Below are positions 1 to 7,974 of a stretch of DNA of 40,499 nt, one piece after another. The notes below the pieces were generated by a model. It was not told the origin of the DNA. It did not search any database and saw only the letters and a program-made list of their open reading frames with translations. Positions within the stretch are counted from its first letter, which is position 1. The number at the start of each line of letters is the position of its first letter. This DNA comes from Burkholderiales bacterium (lineage in GTDB: Bacteria; Pseudomonadota; Gammaproteobacteria; Burkholderiales; WYBJ01), in the NCBI GenBank assembly GCA_044360365.1, contig JBIKKL010000002.1:1-40499 (forward strand). The letters run 5' to 3'. Position numbers and translations under genes: made by a program.

Positions 1-588
1 CGCACTGCGTTCCTGCTGCGGTGTCTTGATCTTGCCGACGCACGCGATGTTGACGCGGATGTTGAACGGCGCGAGTTCCTTCGACAGCGCCTTGGCGAGT
101 GTGACGCTCGCCTGACGACTCACGACGGTCGGCAGCTGGTTTGCGGACGGCGTGGCAGCCGCGGTCATGGAGAGCATGACGATGCTGCCGCCGCCCTGCT
201 TCTTCATGTGCGGTATGACGCAGCGCACGCCTTCGATCGGCGCAAAGAGCTTCACTTCCACGTCGGAGCGCCACATCTCTTCGGTCACCTTGTCGAATGC
301 GTTCTGGCCCGAACCGCCGGCATTGTTCACCAGTGCATCGATGCGCCCGAAACGCTTGACGGTCTCTTCGATGAAACGCGGCATGTCCTTCGTCGCATCG
401 CCGGTCACGGCAAGCACCTGGACGCCGAGCGCTTCGATTTCGCTCGCTGTCTTCGCGAGGGGTTCGGCACGACGAGCGAGCAGCGCAACGTTGGCGCCTT
501 CCATCGCGAAGCGCAATGCGGTAGCACGACCGATGCCTTCGCTGCCGCCCGTGACGGCGACGACCTTGCCTTTGAGTCCCAGATCCAT
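1..588 (-). CDS. SDR-family oxidoreductase, partial (C-terminus lies beyond the left window edge)
   Basis: Absent from the ORF track because the frame does not close inside the window. The reverse complement from 588 reads MDLGLKGKVVAVTGGSEGIGRATALRFAMEGANVALLARR...RIDALVNNAGG, giving the TGxxxGIG and NNAG motifs of classical SDRs. AAGGAG Shine-Dalgarno on the minus strand at 594-599. Confidence 0.85.
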   Translation of the reverse strand, partial: MDLGLKGKVVAVTGGSEGIGRATALRFAMEGANVALLARRAEPLAKTASEIEALGVQVLAVTGDATKDMPRFIEETVKRFGRIDALVNNAGGSGQNAFDKVTEEMWRSDVEVKLFAPIEGVRCVIPHMKKQGGGSIVMLSMTAAATPSANQLPTVVSRQASVTLAKALSKELAPFNIRVNIACVGKIKTPQQERSA

Positions 589-708
589 GTGATCTCCTTA
601 TCGTTGATTGCCCGGACGAACGTGTGATTTTCCGGCCCGCAGCCGGGCGGCCATTATGGCCGATTCCGAACGCGGTGCCGCGGATTATTGCTCGCCTACG
701 CGGTCGAC

Positions 709-1698
709 TCACCGCATCCGGAGCGCCAGCTTGCCGATCGCCCGGCGGGAGGTGATCGCGTCGAACGCGCGCGCGAAGTCGGCCAGCGGATAGACCGCGC
801 TCACGAGCGGCTTCACCTTGCCCTGTTCATAGAAATCGAACAACTCCGCCATCACCGTGCGCATTGCTTCGGGGTGATGGTCGCGATAGTCGCTGATCTG
901 CAGCCCCAGCACCGCAATGTTCTTCACCAGCAGGTAGTTCGCCTTCAGCTCGGGAATTCGACCACCGGCAAACCCGACCACGACGAGACGGCCGCTCCAC
1001 GCGATGCCACGCAGGCTCGCATCGAACACGTCGCCGCCCACCTGTTCGATGACGACGTCGGCGAGGCGTCCGCCCGTGGCCTCACGCAGTTGATCGCGCA
1101 AGCTGTCGCGCAGATTCGGCGCGCTGGTGTCGACGATGTAGTCGGCGCCGCAGCGGCGTGCGACTTCAGCCTTGTCCGGCGTGCTGACCGCGGCCGCCAC
1201 CCTGGCGCCCATCGCCTTGGCGAGCTGGACCGCAGCGAGTCCTACGCCCCCGGTCGCGCCGGTCACGAGAACGATTTCCCCAGGCTGAACCTGCGCACGT
1301 TTCCTCAGCGCATAGTGCGCCGTCTGATACACGAGCCCGAAACACGCCGCCTCTTCGAAGGACATGTCCTTCGGGATGACGAAGCAGTTGGACTGCGAGG
1401 CCACAGCCTGCTCGCCGAACGCGCCGTGCTCCATCCACACGAGAACACGATCACCCGGTGTGCACGTCGTCACGCCTTTGCCCACCGCTGCGACGACGCC
1501 TGCGCACTCCTTGCCGGCAACGAAGGGGCGCGGCGGCAGGACCTGATACTTCCCGCCCATGACCAGGATGTCGGGGAAGTTCACGCCGGCCGCGTGCACC
1601 TCGACGAGGACTTCGCCGTCGCCGGGGTGCGGCGCTGGAAATTCTTCGACATGGATGCTCTCGGGCGGGCCGAATTCGCGAACGACGATGGCTTTCAT
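709..1698 (-). CDS. NADPH:quinone oxidoreductase / zeta-crystallin-type medium-chain dehydrogenase
   Basis: 329-aa ORF starting MKAIVVREFGPPE...GEVLVEVHAAGVNFPD, with the nucleotide-binding loop VLVTGATGGVGLAAVQLAK. Typical Qor-like MDR architecture. Confidence 0.85.
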   Translation of the reverse strand: MKAIVVREFGPPESIHVEEFPAPHPGDGEVLVEVHAAGVNFPDILVMGGKYQVLPPRPFVAGKECAGVVAAVGKGVTTCTPGDRVLVWMEHGAFGEQAVASQSNCFVIPKDMSFEEAACFGLVYQTAHYALRKRAQVQPGEIVLVTGATGGVGLAAVQLAKAMGARVAAAVSTPDKAEVARRCGADYIVDTSAPNLRDSLRDQLREATGGRLADVVIEQVGGDVFDASLRGIAWSGRLVVVGFAGGRIPELKANYLLVKNIAVLGLQISDYRDHHPEAMRTVMAELFDFYEQGKVKPLVSAVYPLADFARAFDAITSRRAIGKLALRMR

Positions 1699-1832
1699 GA
1701 TCGGCAGGAATCACTCAGGAATGGATCGGGATCGAGATGGTAACCGCAGCCGCTCCAGTCGTCGCGTACCGGGGTGTGATCGCCGCCGGGTCGATCGCCG
1801 AAGCAGATTCGACCGTCGGCGGCCTGCTTCAT
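1695..1832 (-). CDS. possible 45-aa upstream ORF coupled to the oxidoreductase gene (speculative)
   Basis: ATG at 1832 gives MKQAADGRICFGDRPGGDHTPVRDDWSGCGYHLDPDPFLSDSCRS. Its TGA overlaps the downstream ATG (ATGA at 1695-1698). No strong SD, third-position GC lower than neighbours, no family recognised. Confidence 0.2.
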   Translation of the reverse strand: MKQAADGRICFGDRPGGDHTPVRDDWSGCGYHLDPDPFLSDSCRS

Positions 1833-1918
1833 CGCGACCACCCCGAAATGCCTGGTTCGCCAACCCCTGCGTCCTGGGCGACAATGCCCGACGCCGTCAG
1901 ACAATGGAGGAGACCACC

Positions 1919-2890
1919 ATGCATCCGCACGCACGAGCACTGGCATGCTCACTCGTTACGATCGCAACCTGCGGTTCGGCCCAGACGCTTGCCGCCGACT
2001 ATCCGACCCGCCCGATCCGGATCATCGTCGGTCTCGCGCCCGGCGGCGCCATCGACACCGTCGCACGCAGCATGAGCGGTGCGCTCGCGACACGGCTTGG
2101 CCAGCCGGTCATCGTCGAGAATCGACCCGGTGCAGGGGAAGCGCTTGCGACCGAACTCACCACCAAGGCCACGCCCGATGGCTATACGGTCATCATGGCG
2201 AGTGCGGGCGTCGTCGTGAATCCGCTCCTGCTCAACGTGCGGTACGACCCGCTCAGGGATCTCGCCCCGATTACGCAGCTGACCCGCCAGCCGTATGTGC
2301 TCATCGTGCATCCGAGCGTCCCGGCCCAGTCGGCGAAGGATCTGATCCCCTGGCTCAAGGCCCATGGCGGCAAGGTGAACTTCGCTTCTTCCGGGACCGG
2401 CAGCTTCATGCATCTCACCGGCGAGCTGTTCAAATCGACGACGGGCACGCCGATGACGCACGTGGCGTACAAGGGCATGGCGCTCGCCTATCCGGATCTG
2501 TTGGCCGGGCAGGTCCAGGTCGGCTTTCCCGCGATCGCATCCGCGCTGCCGCACCTCAAGTCCGGGAAGCTGCGGCCGCTCGGCGTAACGGGCAAGGCGC
2601 GCGTCCCGAGTCTGCCCGACGTGCCTCCTCTCGCAGATACGGGTGTGCCGGGCTTCGTGGTCGAACAGTGGTACGGCGTCTGGGCGCCCGGCAATACCCC
2701 GAGCGCGATCGTCACGCGCCTGCATCGCGAATTCAGCACGGTGAACCGGGACCCTGATCAAGCCGCACGGCTCGTTGCAACGGGCTCCGAGGCCGTGGGC
2801 AATACGCCCGCCGAGTTCGCGGCGCATATCCGCGCAGAATCGGCGCGCTGGGCACAAGTGGTCAAGCAAGTCGGCATCAGGATCCAGTGA
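1919..2890 (+). CDS. Bug/TctC-family tripartite tricarboxylate transporter substrate-binding protein
   Basis: ATG at 1919 preceded by GGAGGAG. Signal peptide MHPHARALACSLVTIATCGSAQTLA, then ADYPTRPIRIIVGLAPGGAIDTVAR...VENRPGAG, the characteristic Bug N-terminus. The track ORF start at 1559 is an upstream extension. Confidence 0.9.
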   Translation: MHPHARALACSLVTIATCGSAQTLAADYPTRPIRIIVGLAPGGAIDTVARSMSGALATRLGQPVIVENRPGAGEALATELTTKATPDGYTVIMASAGVVVNPLLLNVRYDPLRDLAPITQLTRQPYVLIVHPSVPAQSAKDLIPWLKAHGGKVNFASSGTGSFMHLTGELFKSTTGTPMTHVAYKGMALAYPDLLAGQVQVGFPAIASALPHLKSGKLRPLGVTGKARVPSLPDVPPLADTGVPGFVVEQWYGVWAPGNTPSAIVTRLHREFSTVNRDPDQAARLVATGSEAVGNTPAEFAAHIRAESARWAQVVKQVGIRIQ

Positions 2891-2901
2891 CCATCGCACG
2901 T

Positions 2902-2962
2902 CTCTCCAACCCTGGGTTACAACCCTGGGTCCAACCCAGGGTTGTAACCCAGGGTTGGAGAG
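2902..2962. repeat. 61-nt perfect palindrome (29-bp stem, 3-nt loop) built from CAACCCTGGGT units; REP-like element and probable bidirectional terminator between convergent Bug genes
   Basis: Arms 2902-2930 and 2934-2962 are exact reverse complements around the loop CCA. CAACCCTGGGT occurs at 2907 and 2920, and its complement ACCCAGGGTTG at 2934 and 2947. Confidence 0.85.
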
Positions 2963-2998
2963 CTAAACGCTACGGCCCGCGACCACCCAGGCCGTCGC

Positions 2999-3979
2999 CT
3001 ATTCCATCTGTATCTTCAGCGGCGGCACGATCTTCTTCCACTTCGCGGCATCCGCGTTGATGCGCTCGCCGAACTGCGCGCTCGACATCTCGACGGCTTC
3101 GACGCCCACGCCGAGCAGGCGCTCCTTGATTTCGGGGAGACGCAGCGCATGCTGGACCGCGCCGTGCAGCGTCGCGATGGCGGCCTTCGGCACGGCCACC
3201 GGCGCCACCATGCCGTACCAGCCGCTCACTTCATAGCCGGGAATGCCGGCTTCGGCGATGCTCGGCACGTTCGGTAAAGCCTGCGTACGTTTGGCCGTCG
3301 TCACGCCGAGTGCGCGGATCTTGCCGGACTGGATGTTGGAACGAGCGACCGCGACCGTCGAGAAGAAGAGGGCCACGCGTCCGCCGAGCAGATCCGTCAT
3401 GGCCGGCCCGCCGCCCTTGAAAGGGACGTGCAGCATCTTCACGCCACCCATGTTCGCGAAAAGCTCGGCGGCCAGATGCGTGAGGTTGCCGATGCTGGAG
3501 GAGGCGTAGGGCAGCTGGCCCTGCTTCGCCTTGGCGAGTTGCAGCAGCTCCTTCACCGAATTGACGCCGGTGGAGGGATGCGTGACCAGAACATAGGCGC
3601 CATCGCCGACGAGAGCGACCGGCGAGAAGTCCTTCAGCGTGTCGTAAGGCAACTTGGGATAGAGGCTCGGATTGATCGCATGGCCGGCCGCAACGATCAA
3701 GAGCGTGTGCCCATCGGGCGGCGCCTTCGCGACCAGTTCCGATCCGATGATCGTATTGCCGCCGCCGCGATTGTCGACCACGACGTTCTGCCCGAGCTGC
3801 TCCATCATCTTCTGTGCGAGCAGGCGCCCGACGATGTCGTTTGCGCCACCCGGCGGGTACGGCACCACCAGGCGCACCGGGCGCGTCGGCGACCATTGCG
3901 CCTGCACCGTCAGGCTTGTCATGGCGGCAGCGCCGTACAGCACGCCTCGCGCGAGTCGAATTCCCCAACGACGATTCAT
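2999..3979 (-). CDS. Bug/TctC-family substrate-binding protein
   Basis: ATG at 3979 preceded by AGGAGGAAG. MNRRWGIRLARGVLYGAAAMTSLTVQA signal peptide, then QWSPTRPVRLVVPYPPGGANDIVGR...VDNRGGGN. Confidence 0.9.
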   Translation of the reverse strand: MNRRWGIRLARGVLYGAAAMTSLTVQAQWSPTRPVRLVVPYPPGGANDIVGRLLAQKMMEQLGQNVVVDNRGGGNTIIGSELVAKAPPDGHTLLIVAAGHAINPSLYPKLPYDTLKDFSPVALVGDGAYVLVTHPSTGVNSVKELLQLAKAKQGQLPYASSSIGNLTHLAAELFANMGGVKMLHVPFKGGGPAMTDLLGGRVALFFSTVAVARSNIQSGKIRALGVTTAKRTQALPNVPSIAEAGIPGYEVSGWYGMVAPVAVPKAAIATLHGAVQHALRLPEIKERLLGVGVEAVEMSSAQFGERINADAAKWKKIVPPLKIQME

Positions 3980-4003
3980 CGGCTTCCTCCTGATGATTAC
4001 TCT

Positions 4004-4041
4004 CAACCCTGGGTTGGAACCAGGCTTGCAACCCAGGGTTG
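4004..4041. repeat. second copy of the CAACCCTGGGTTG / CAACCCAGGGTTG inverted repeat (13-bp stem, 12-nt loop)
   Basis: 4004-4016 is the exact reverse complement of 4029-4041, with the same core 11-mer as the 2902-2962 palindrome. It sits between the methyltransferase stop (4053) and the Bug start (3979), and no U-run follows it on the transcribed strand. Confidence 0.75.
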
Positions 4042-4052
4042 GAAGTTGTTGA

Positions 4053-4907
4053 TCAGCGACTCAAGACGCGCTCGGCGCGCCAGCTGCGCTTGACGATGCC
4101 ACGGCCGATGCCGGACGTGATCGTTCCTTCCATGTAACTTGCATAGACGCGGCCTTCGAAATGGTGTGCGCGTCCTTCGTCGACGAGCACGAAGCGGATG
4201 CGATCCCCTTCCAGGCGGGATTCGAACAGTGGCAGAAACCCCACCCCCGACTCGGTACGCGCGCCGCCCTGAATCTTCTGGTGATCCTGCTTGATGTCGA
4301 TATCGTAGACGTTCTGCGTCTCGCCGAGGCTCGCTTCGAGACGCCAGGCGCCTGCAACCTTCGCCGGTACGATGTAGAGGTAGTAGTTCTTCGAAATGTT
4401 GACGCTGCGATCCGGCGTCCAGTCCTGGAAGCCGAAATCGTGCGCAACGATGCGGGTACCGGGCCTGAGCTCGTTCATGAGTTTCGGTTTCAGGCGATTG
4501 ACCAGGCCAGTGAGCAGGTAAAGCGTCACCACCGTGGCCTCCTTGAGGTCGGTCTCGAAGACATCGCGCTGCTCGAACCGGACGCGATCCGCCACGCCGG
4601 CCTTGCGTGCATTTTCATTCGCTTCCTCGACGAGCTTCGGGTCGATGTCCACGCCGTAACCACGTGCGCCGAACTGCGTCGCCGCAGTGATCGGAATCCG
4701 ACCGTCACCCGACCCGAGATCGACGACCAGATCGGACGGCATCACGCCTGCAACGCGCAGCATCTCCTCGACGGCAACATGGGTCGACGGCAGATAGGGC
4801 GTGGGCACCTCGCCCGGCGGGAACACGCTCGCCGCACGCGCGACGCTCGACACGACCCCGACACTGCCCAACACGCACAGCCATGCAGCAAACAACCGAC
4901 GCATCAT
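4053..4907 (-). CDS. class I SAM-dependent methyltransferase with N-terminal signal peptide/anchor and an extra C-terminal domain
   Basis: MMRRLFAAWLCVLGSVGVVSSVARA-AS (positive n-region, hydrophobic core, AxA). SAM motif I VVDLGSGDGRIPITAA, followed by GYGVDID. About 110 further residues of unrecognised, apparently beta-rich sequence. Confidence 0.8.
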   Translation of the reverse strand: MMRRLFAAWLCVLGSVGVVSSVARAASVFPPGEVPTPYLPSTHVAVEEMLRVAGVMPSDLVVDLGSGDGRIPITAATQFGARGYGVDIDPKLVEEANENARKAGVADRVRFEQRDVFETDLKEATVVTLYLLTGLVNRLKPKLMNELRPGTRIVAHDFGFQDWTPDRSVNISKNYYLYIVPAKVAGAWRLEASLGETQNVYDIDIKQDHQKIQGGARTESGVGFLPLFESRLEGDRIRFVLVDEGRAHHFEGRVYASYMEGTITSGIGRGIVKRSWRAERVLSR

Positions 4908-4979
4908 GGAATCGACTCCGGCGACGCAGGATCGATGCGATCCGCGGACCGCGATTCTCCCAGCGGAATCCGCCGCGCG

Positions 4980-6839
4980 CTACTGAAAAAGATCGGCCGG
5001 ATCGGCAGACGGCTTCGCACTCGTACGCCGCTTCAGCGCTGCCGCCACCGTGGGCGCGAAGCCGAGCAGCTCGTCGTATGCGAGCTGATAGTCCTTCGTC
5101 GCACCGCGCGCATGACCGATGAGGCCGAGGACGTACCAGGCCTCCGCGGTGTTCGGTGCTCGCTGCAGCAGAAAGTCGAGATTCGCCTCCGCAGCTTGCC
5201 ATTGCTGTGTGCTCGCGAGCGTACGGGCGAGATAGATCCTTGCATCCGGCGCCATCGGCGCCAACCGCACCGCCTGCTGCAACGCGAGCGCGGCTTGCGA
5301 AAAAGCACGCAGACGAAAGTAAGCCTGCCCGAGATTGATCCATACGGCAGGCGCCCCCGGCTGCAGGTTCGCGGCGTTATCGAGCGCGCTCACTGCCTCC
5401 TTGAAGCGCCCGAGCTGCAGCAGACTGTAGCCTTTCGCGTTCCACAGCAACGCATCGGCAGGACGCAGCTTCGTGCCTCGATCGCTGTACTTGAGCGCCA
5501 GTTCGAAATCGCCCGCATCGCCGTGCAGCCGTGCCAGCGCATTGAGCAGTGCCGGATGATCCCGCTCGATCGCTTCGGCACGTGCATACGCGTTGCGCGC
5601 CGCCTCGCGCTGCCGCAACGCAAAGTAGGCATTGCCAAGATGAACCCAATCGGTCGCCTGGCTCGCGTCGAGCTTGGTCGCTCGTTCGTACTTCTGCGCG
5701 GCCAACCGCCATTGGTTCAGGTTGAAGTACGCCGCACCGAGCGCCCGCCAGTCGTCGACGTTTCCGGGCTTGACCTGTTCGGCCCGCTGCAGGATCGACA
5801 CCGCCTCGGCACGCTCCCCGAGCAGGGTGAGCGCTTGCGCAAGACCGCTGAGCGCGCTCGGATCCTCCGGGTGCGCCGCAAGGGCTCGCCGCCACGTTCG
5901 TTCGGCGTCTGCCCAGCGATCGGCCGTTTGGTAAACCGAGGCCAGATTGGTCCAGGGCGTGATCCACTTCGGCTCGACCTCGGTGGCCCGCCGATACGCG
6001 GACTCGGCATCTTCACGACGGCCGCTGCGGATCGATTCGATGCCGATCTGATTCCAGATCACCGCATCGAACGGCACGGGTGTCGTGAACGCCGTGAGCT
6101 GTTTGCGCGCCTCTTCGATTCGACCGTTGCGGGCAAGCAGCCACGTCCGCTTGCGTTGCGCGTCGTCGTCCAATACACCGAGCTTCGCCGCGCGCTCCAT
6201 GGCCTCCAACGCCGGACCGTGCTGCCCCTGGGCATCGAGCACTTCGGCGCGAGCCAGCCACAAGCCGATGAAATCGGGTGACGCCTTCAGTCCCTCGTCG
6301 ACCGCAGCGAGCGCCTCTGCGATCCGATTGCCGAGCATATGGGCATAGGCAAGCACGACCAAGGCCTCCGCGGTGCGCGCATTGCGCTCGAGCAGACGCC
6401 GCGCGATGCGTTCCGCATCGACGGCCTCGCCGAGACCGATATGCGCCCAGCCAAGATAGAGCTGCGTCCCGTCGTCCTGCGGATAACGCGCTGCGACCGA
6501 AGCGAGTGTGCTCTTGGCATCGGCGAGTTGACCCAGGCGAAGCTGCGCCAGTCCCAGGACGCTGCCCGCGGCCGGAGAGGCCGGTTCCGACTCCAGCCAG
6601 CGGCGCGCGAACTGCGCGAGACCGCGCCAGTCCTGCGTCTGGTAGTACCGCAGAACCTCCTCCCCCCAACGGGCATCCCCGCTCGGCCCGGCGGTCGGTG
6701 GCGCCATGGGCCAACCGGGATCCTGCGGGCTGCCGGGCCGCATCGTCCCCGGCACGAGGGCGAAGCTCGCAGCCGCCAGGCTCATGAGCACCGCACCGGC
6801 GAGCCAGCGACGCCAACCCGCCGTGGAAAGCGCGGTCAT
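4980..6839 (-). CDS. exported tetratricopeptide-repeat (TPR) protein, about 619 aa
   Basis: ATG at 6839 with GAGGA 8 nt upstream, 4 nt after the CoA-transferase stop. MTALSTAGWRRWLAGAVLMSLAAASFA signal-like N-terminus, then many 34-aa A/L/Y/W-rich repeats (e.g. WVHLGNAYFALRQREAARNAYARAEAI, WINLGQAYFRLRAFSQAALALQQAV). The track ORF extends to 7607 by running into the upstream gene. Confidence 0.8.
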   Translation of the reverse strand: MTALSTAGWRRWLAGAVLMSLAAASFALVPGTMRPGSPQDPGWPMAPPTAGPSGDARWGEEVLRYYQTQDWRGLAQFARRWLESEPASPAAGSVLGLAQLRLGQLADAKSTLASVAARYPQDDGTQLYLGWAHIGLGEAVDAERIARRLLERNARTAEALVVLAYAHMLGNRIAEALAAVDEGLKASPDFIGLWLARAEVLDAQGQHGPALEAMERAAKLGVLDDDAQRKRTWLLARNGRIEEARKQLTAFTTPVPFDAVIWNQIGIESIRSGRREDAESAYRRATEVEPKWITPWTNLASVYQTADRWADAERTWRRALAAHPEDPSALSGLAQALTLLGERAEAVSILQRAEQVKPGNVDDWRALGAAYFNLNQWRLAAQKYERATKLDASQATDWVHLGNAYFALRQREAARNAYARAEAIERDHPALLNALARLHGDAGDFELALKYSDRGTKLRPADALLWNAKGYSLLQLGRFKEAVSALDNAANLQPGAPAVWINLGQAYFRLRAFSQAALALQQAVRLAPMAPDARIYLARTLASTQQWQAAEANLDFLLQRAPNTAEAWYVLGLIGHARGATKDYQLAYDELLGFAPTVAAALKRRTSAKPSADPADLFQ

Positions 6840-6843
6840 GCGT

Positions 6844-7974
6844 TCAGTCCTCAACCCGATCGGCCCCGAGCGGGTACTCGCCGAGTTCGGGATACCCGGT
6901 CTCGATAACGCTGCCGCGGAAGCGATCGTCGACGGGTACTGGAAGCGCAGGGATCGAACGGCCATCAGCAGCCACCTTCCGATTGAAGACCCCGCGCGCG
7001 GCGAAGTGCGGATCCGCCATGGCTTCCTGCATCGTGGCGACGATCGAGCAGCAGACGTCGCGACCCGCAAACAATCGTTGCCAGTGCGCGGCATCCCGAC
7101 TCGCGACGATGCGTGCCACCTCATCGTGCACTTCAGATTCCCGACCGGCATCGTCAATGTAAGCGGGATCCAGTCCGATGAGCCTGCAGAACGTTTCCCA
7201 GAACTTCTGCTCCAGCGGCGCGGCGGCAAGATAACGTCCGTCGGCCGCGCGATAGATGTTGTAGCGCGGGCTGCCACCGGTGACGAGATCACCGCCGGAC
7301 GTGGGCCATTGGTTCGCCGCGATGCCGTTGCCGATTGCCCAGTACATGAAGCTGAAGAGGTTGTCGGCCATCGCGACGTCGAGCTTGCAGCCGACGCCGG
7401 TTCGATCCCGTTCGCGCAGTGCCAGCAGGATGTTGATGACAGCAGGATACGTGCCGCCGGCGATGTCTGCGACCAGTGCAGCGGGTACGACGGGGGCGCC
7501 GTCGCCGCCTGCCGCGAGCCCCAGCATGCCGGACTCCGCGACGTAGTTGAGATCGTGCGCGGCGACCTCTGCCTTGGGCCCCGCTTGTCCCCAACCCGTG
7601 ATGGCACAATAGATGATGCGCGGGTTGATCGCCTTCAGCGCATCGTAGCCGAGCCCGAGCCGATCCATCACGCCGGGACGAAACTGCTCGACGACGATGT
7701 CCGCGCCTTGGATCAGTGGCCGCAGCCCGTCCACCGCGCCGGGGGCCTTCAGATCGATCGCCAGCGAGCGCTTGCCGCGATTGAGCATCGCGAAGTTGAC
7801 GCTGTCGGCACCGAACTTCGGCACATAGGAGCGCATCTCGTCGCCCCGCCCCGGGCGTTCGATCTTGATGACCTCGGCACCCGCTTCGGCAAGCAGCAGC
7901 GTCGCAAGCGGACCGGGCAGCAGCGTGGAAAAATCGAGAACGCGGATACCCGCGAGCGGCCGGGAATCACTCAC
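6844..7974 (-). CDS. family III CoA-transferase (CaiB/BaiF type)
   Basis: PLAGIRVLDFSTLLPGPLATLLLAEAGAEVIKIERPGRGDEMR is the typical N-terminus. I prefer the GTG at 7974 (GTGAGTGA overlap with the upstream stop) over the ATG at 8052, which would overlap the upstream gene by 86 nt. The start remains uncertain. Confidence 0.85.
   Translation of the reverse strand: MSDSRPLAGIRVLDFSTLLPGPLATLLLAEAGAEVIKIERPGRGDEMRSYVPKFGADSVNFAMLNRGKRSLAIDLKAPGAVDGLRPLIQGADIVVEQFRPGVMDRLGLGYDALKAINPRIIYCAITGWGQAGPKAEVAAHDLNYVAESGMLGLAAGGDGAPVVPAALVADIAGGTYPAVINILLALRERDRTGVGCKLDVAMADNLFSFMYWAIGNGIAANQWPTSGGDLVTGGSPRYNIYRAADGRYLAAAPLEQKFWETFCRLIGLDPAYIDDAGRESEVHDEVARIVASRDAAHWQRLFAGRDVCCSIVATMQEAMADPHFAARGVFNRKVAADGRSIPALPVPVDDRFRGSVIETGYPELGEYPLGADRVED

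Noticed and set aside
589-708. GC-rich hairpin (CCGGCCCGCAGCCGGGCGG) as a terminator after the oxidoreductase gene
   Set aside because: The stem is only about 5 bp, and the T-run is on the wrong side for the minus-strand transcript.
2775-2966. 63-aa ORF crossing the 61-nt palindrome
   Set aside because: It overlaps the 3' end of the Bug gene, and its C-terminus is just the translated repeat (LQPWVTTLGPTQGCNPGLES).
4161-6281. 706-aa plus-strand ORF
   Set aside because: It lies exactly antisense to the TPR and methyltransferase genes. The translation is Arg/Leu/Pro-rich with no motifs. This is the typical shadow ORF of high-GC DNA, whereas the minus-strand frame gives clean TPR repeats.
6840-7607. 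N-terminal 256-codon extension of the TPR ORF (track start 7607)
   Set aside because: The extension overlaps the CoA-transferase gene in another frame and is Arg/Ser/Pro-rich. An internal ATG at 6839 has an SD and is followed immediately by a signal peptide.
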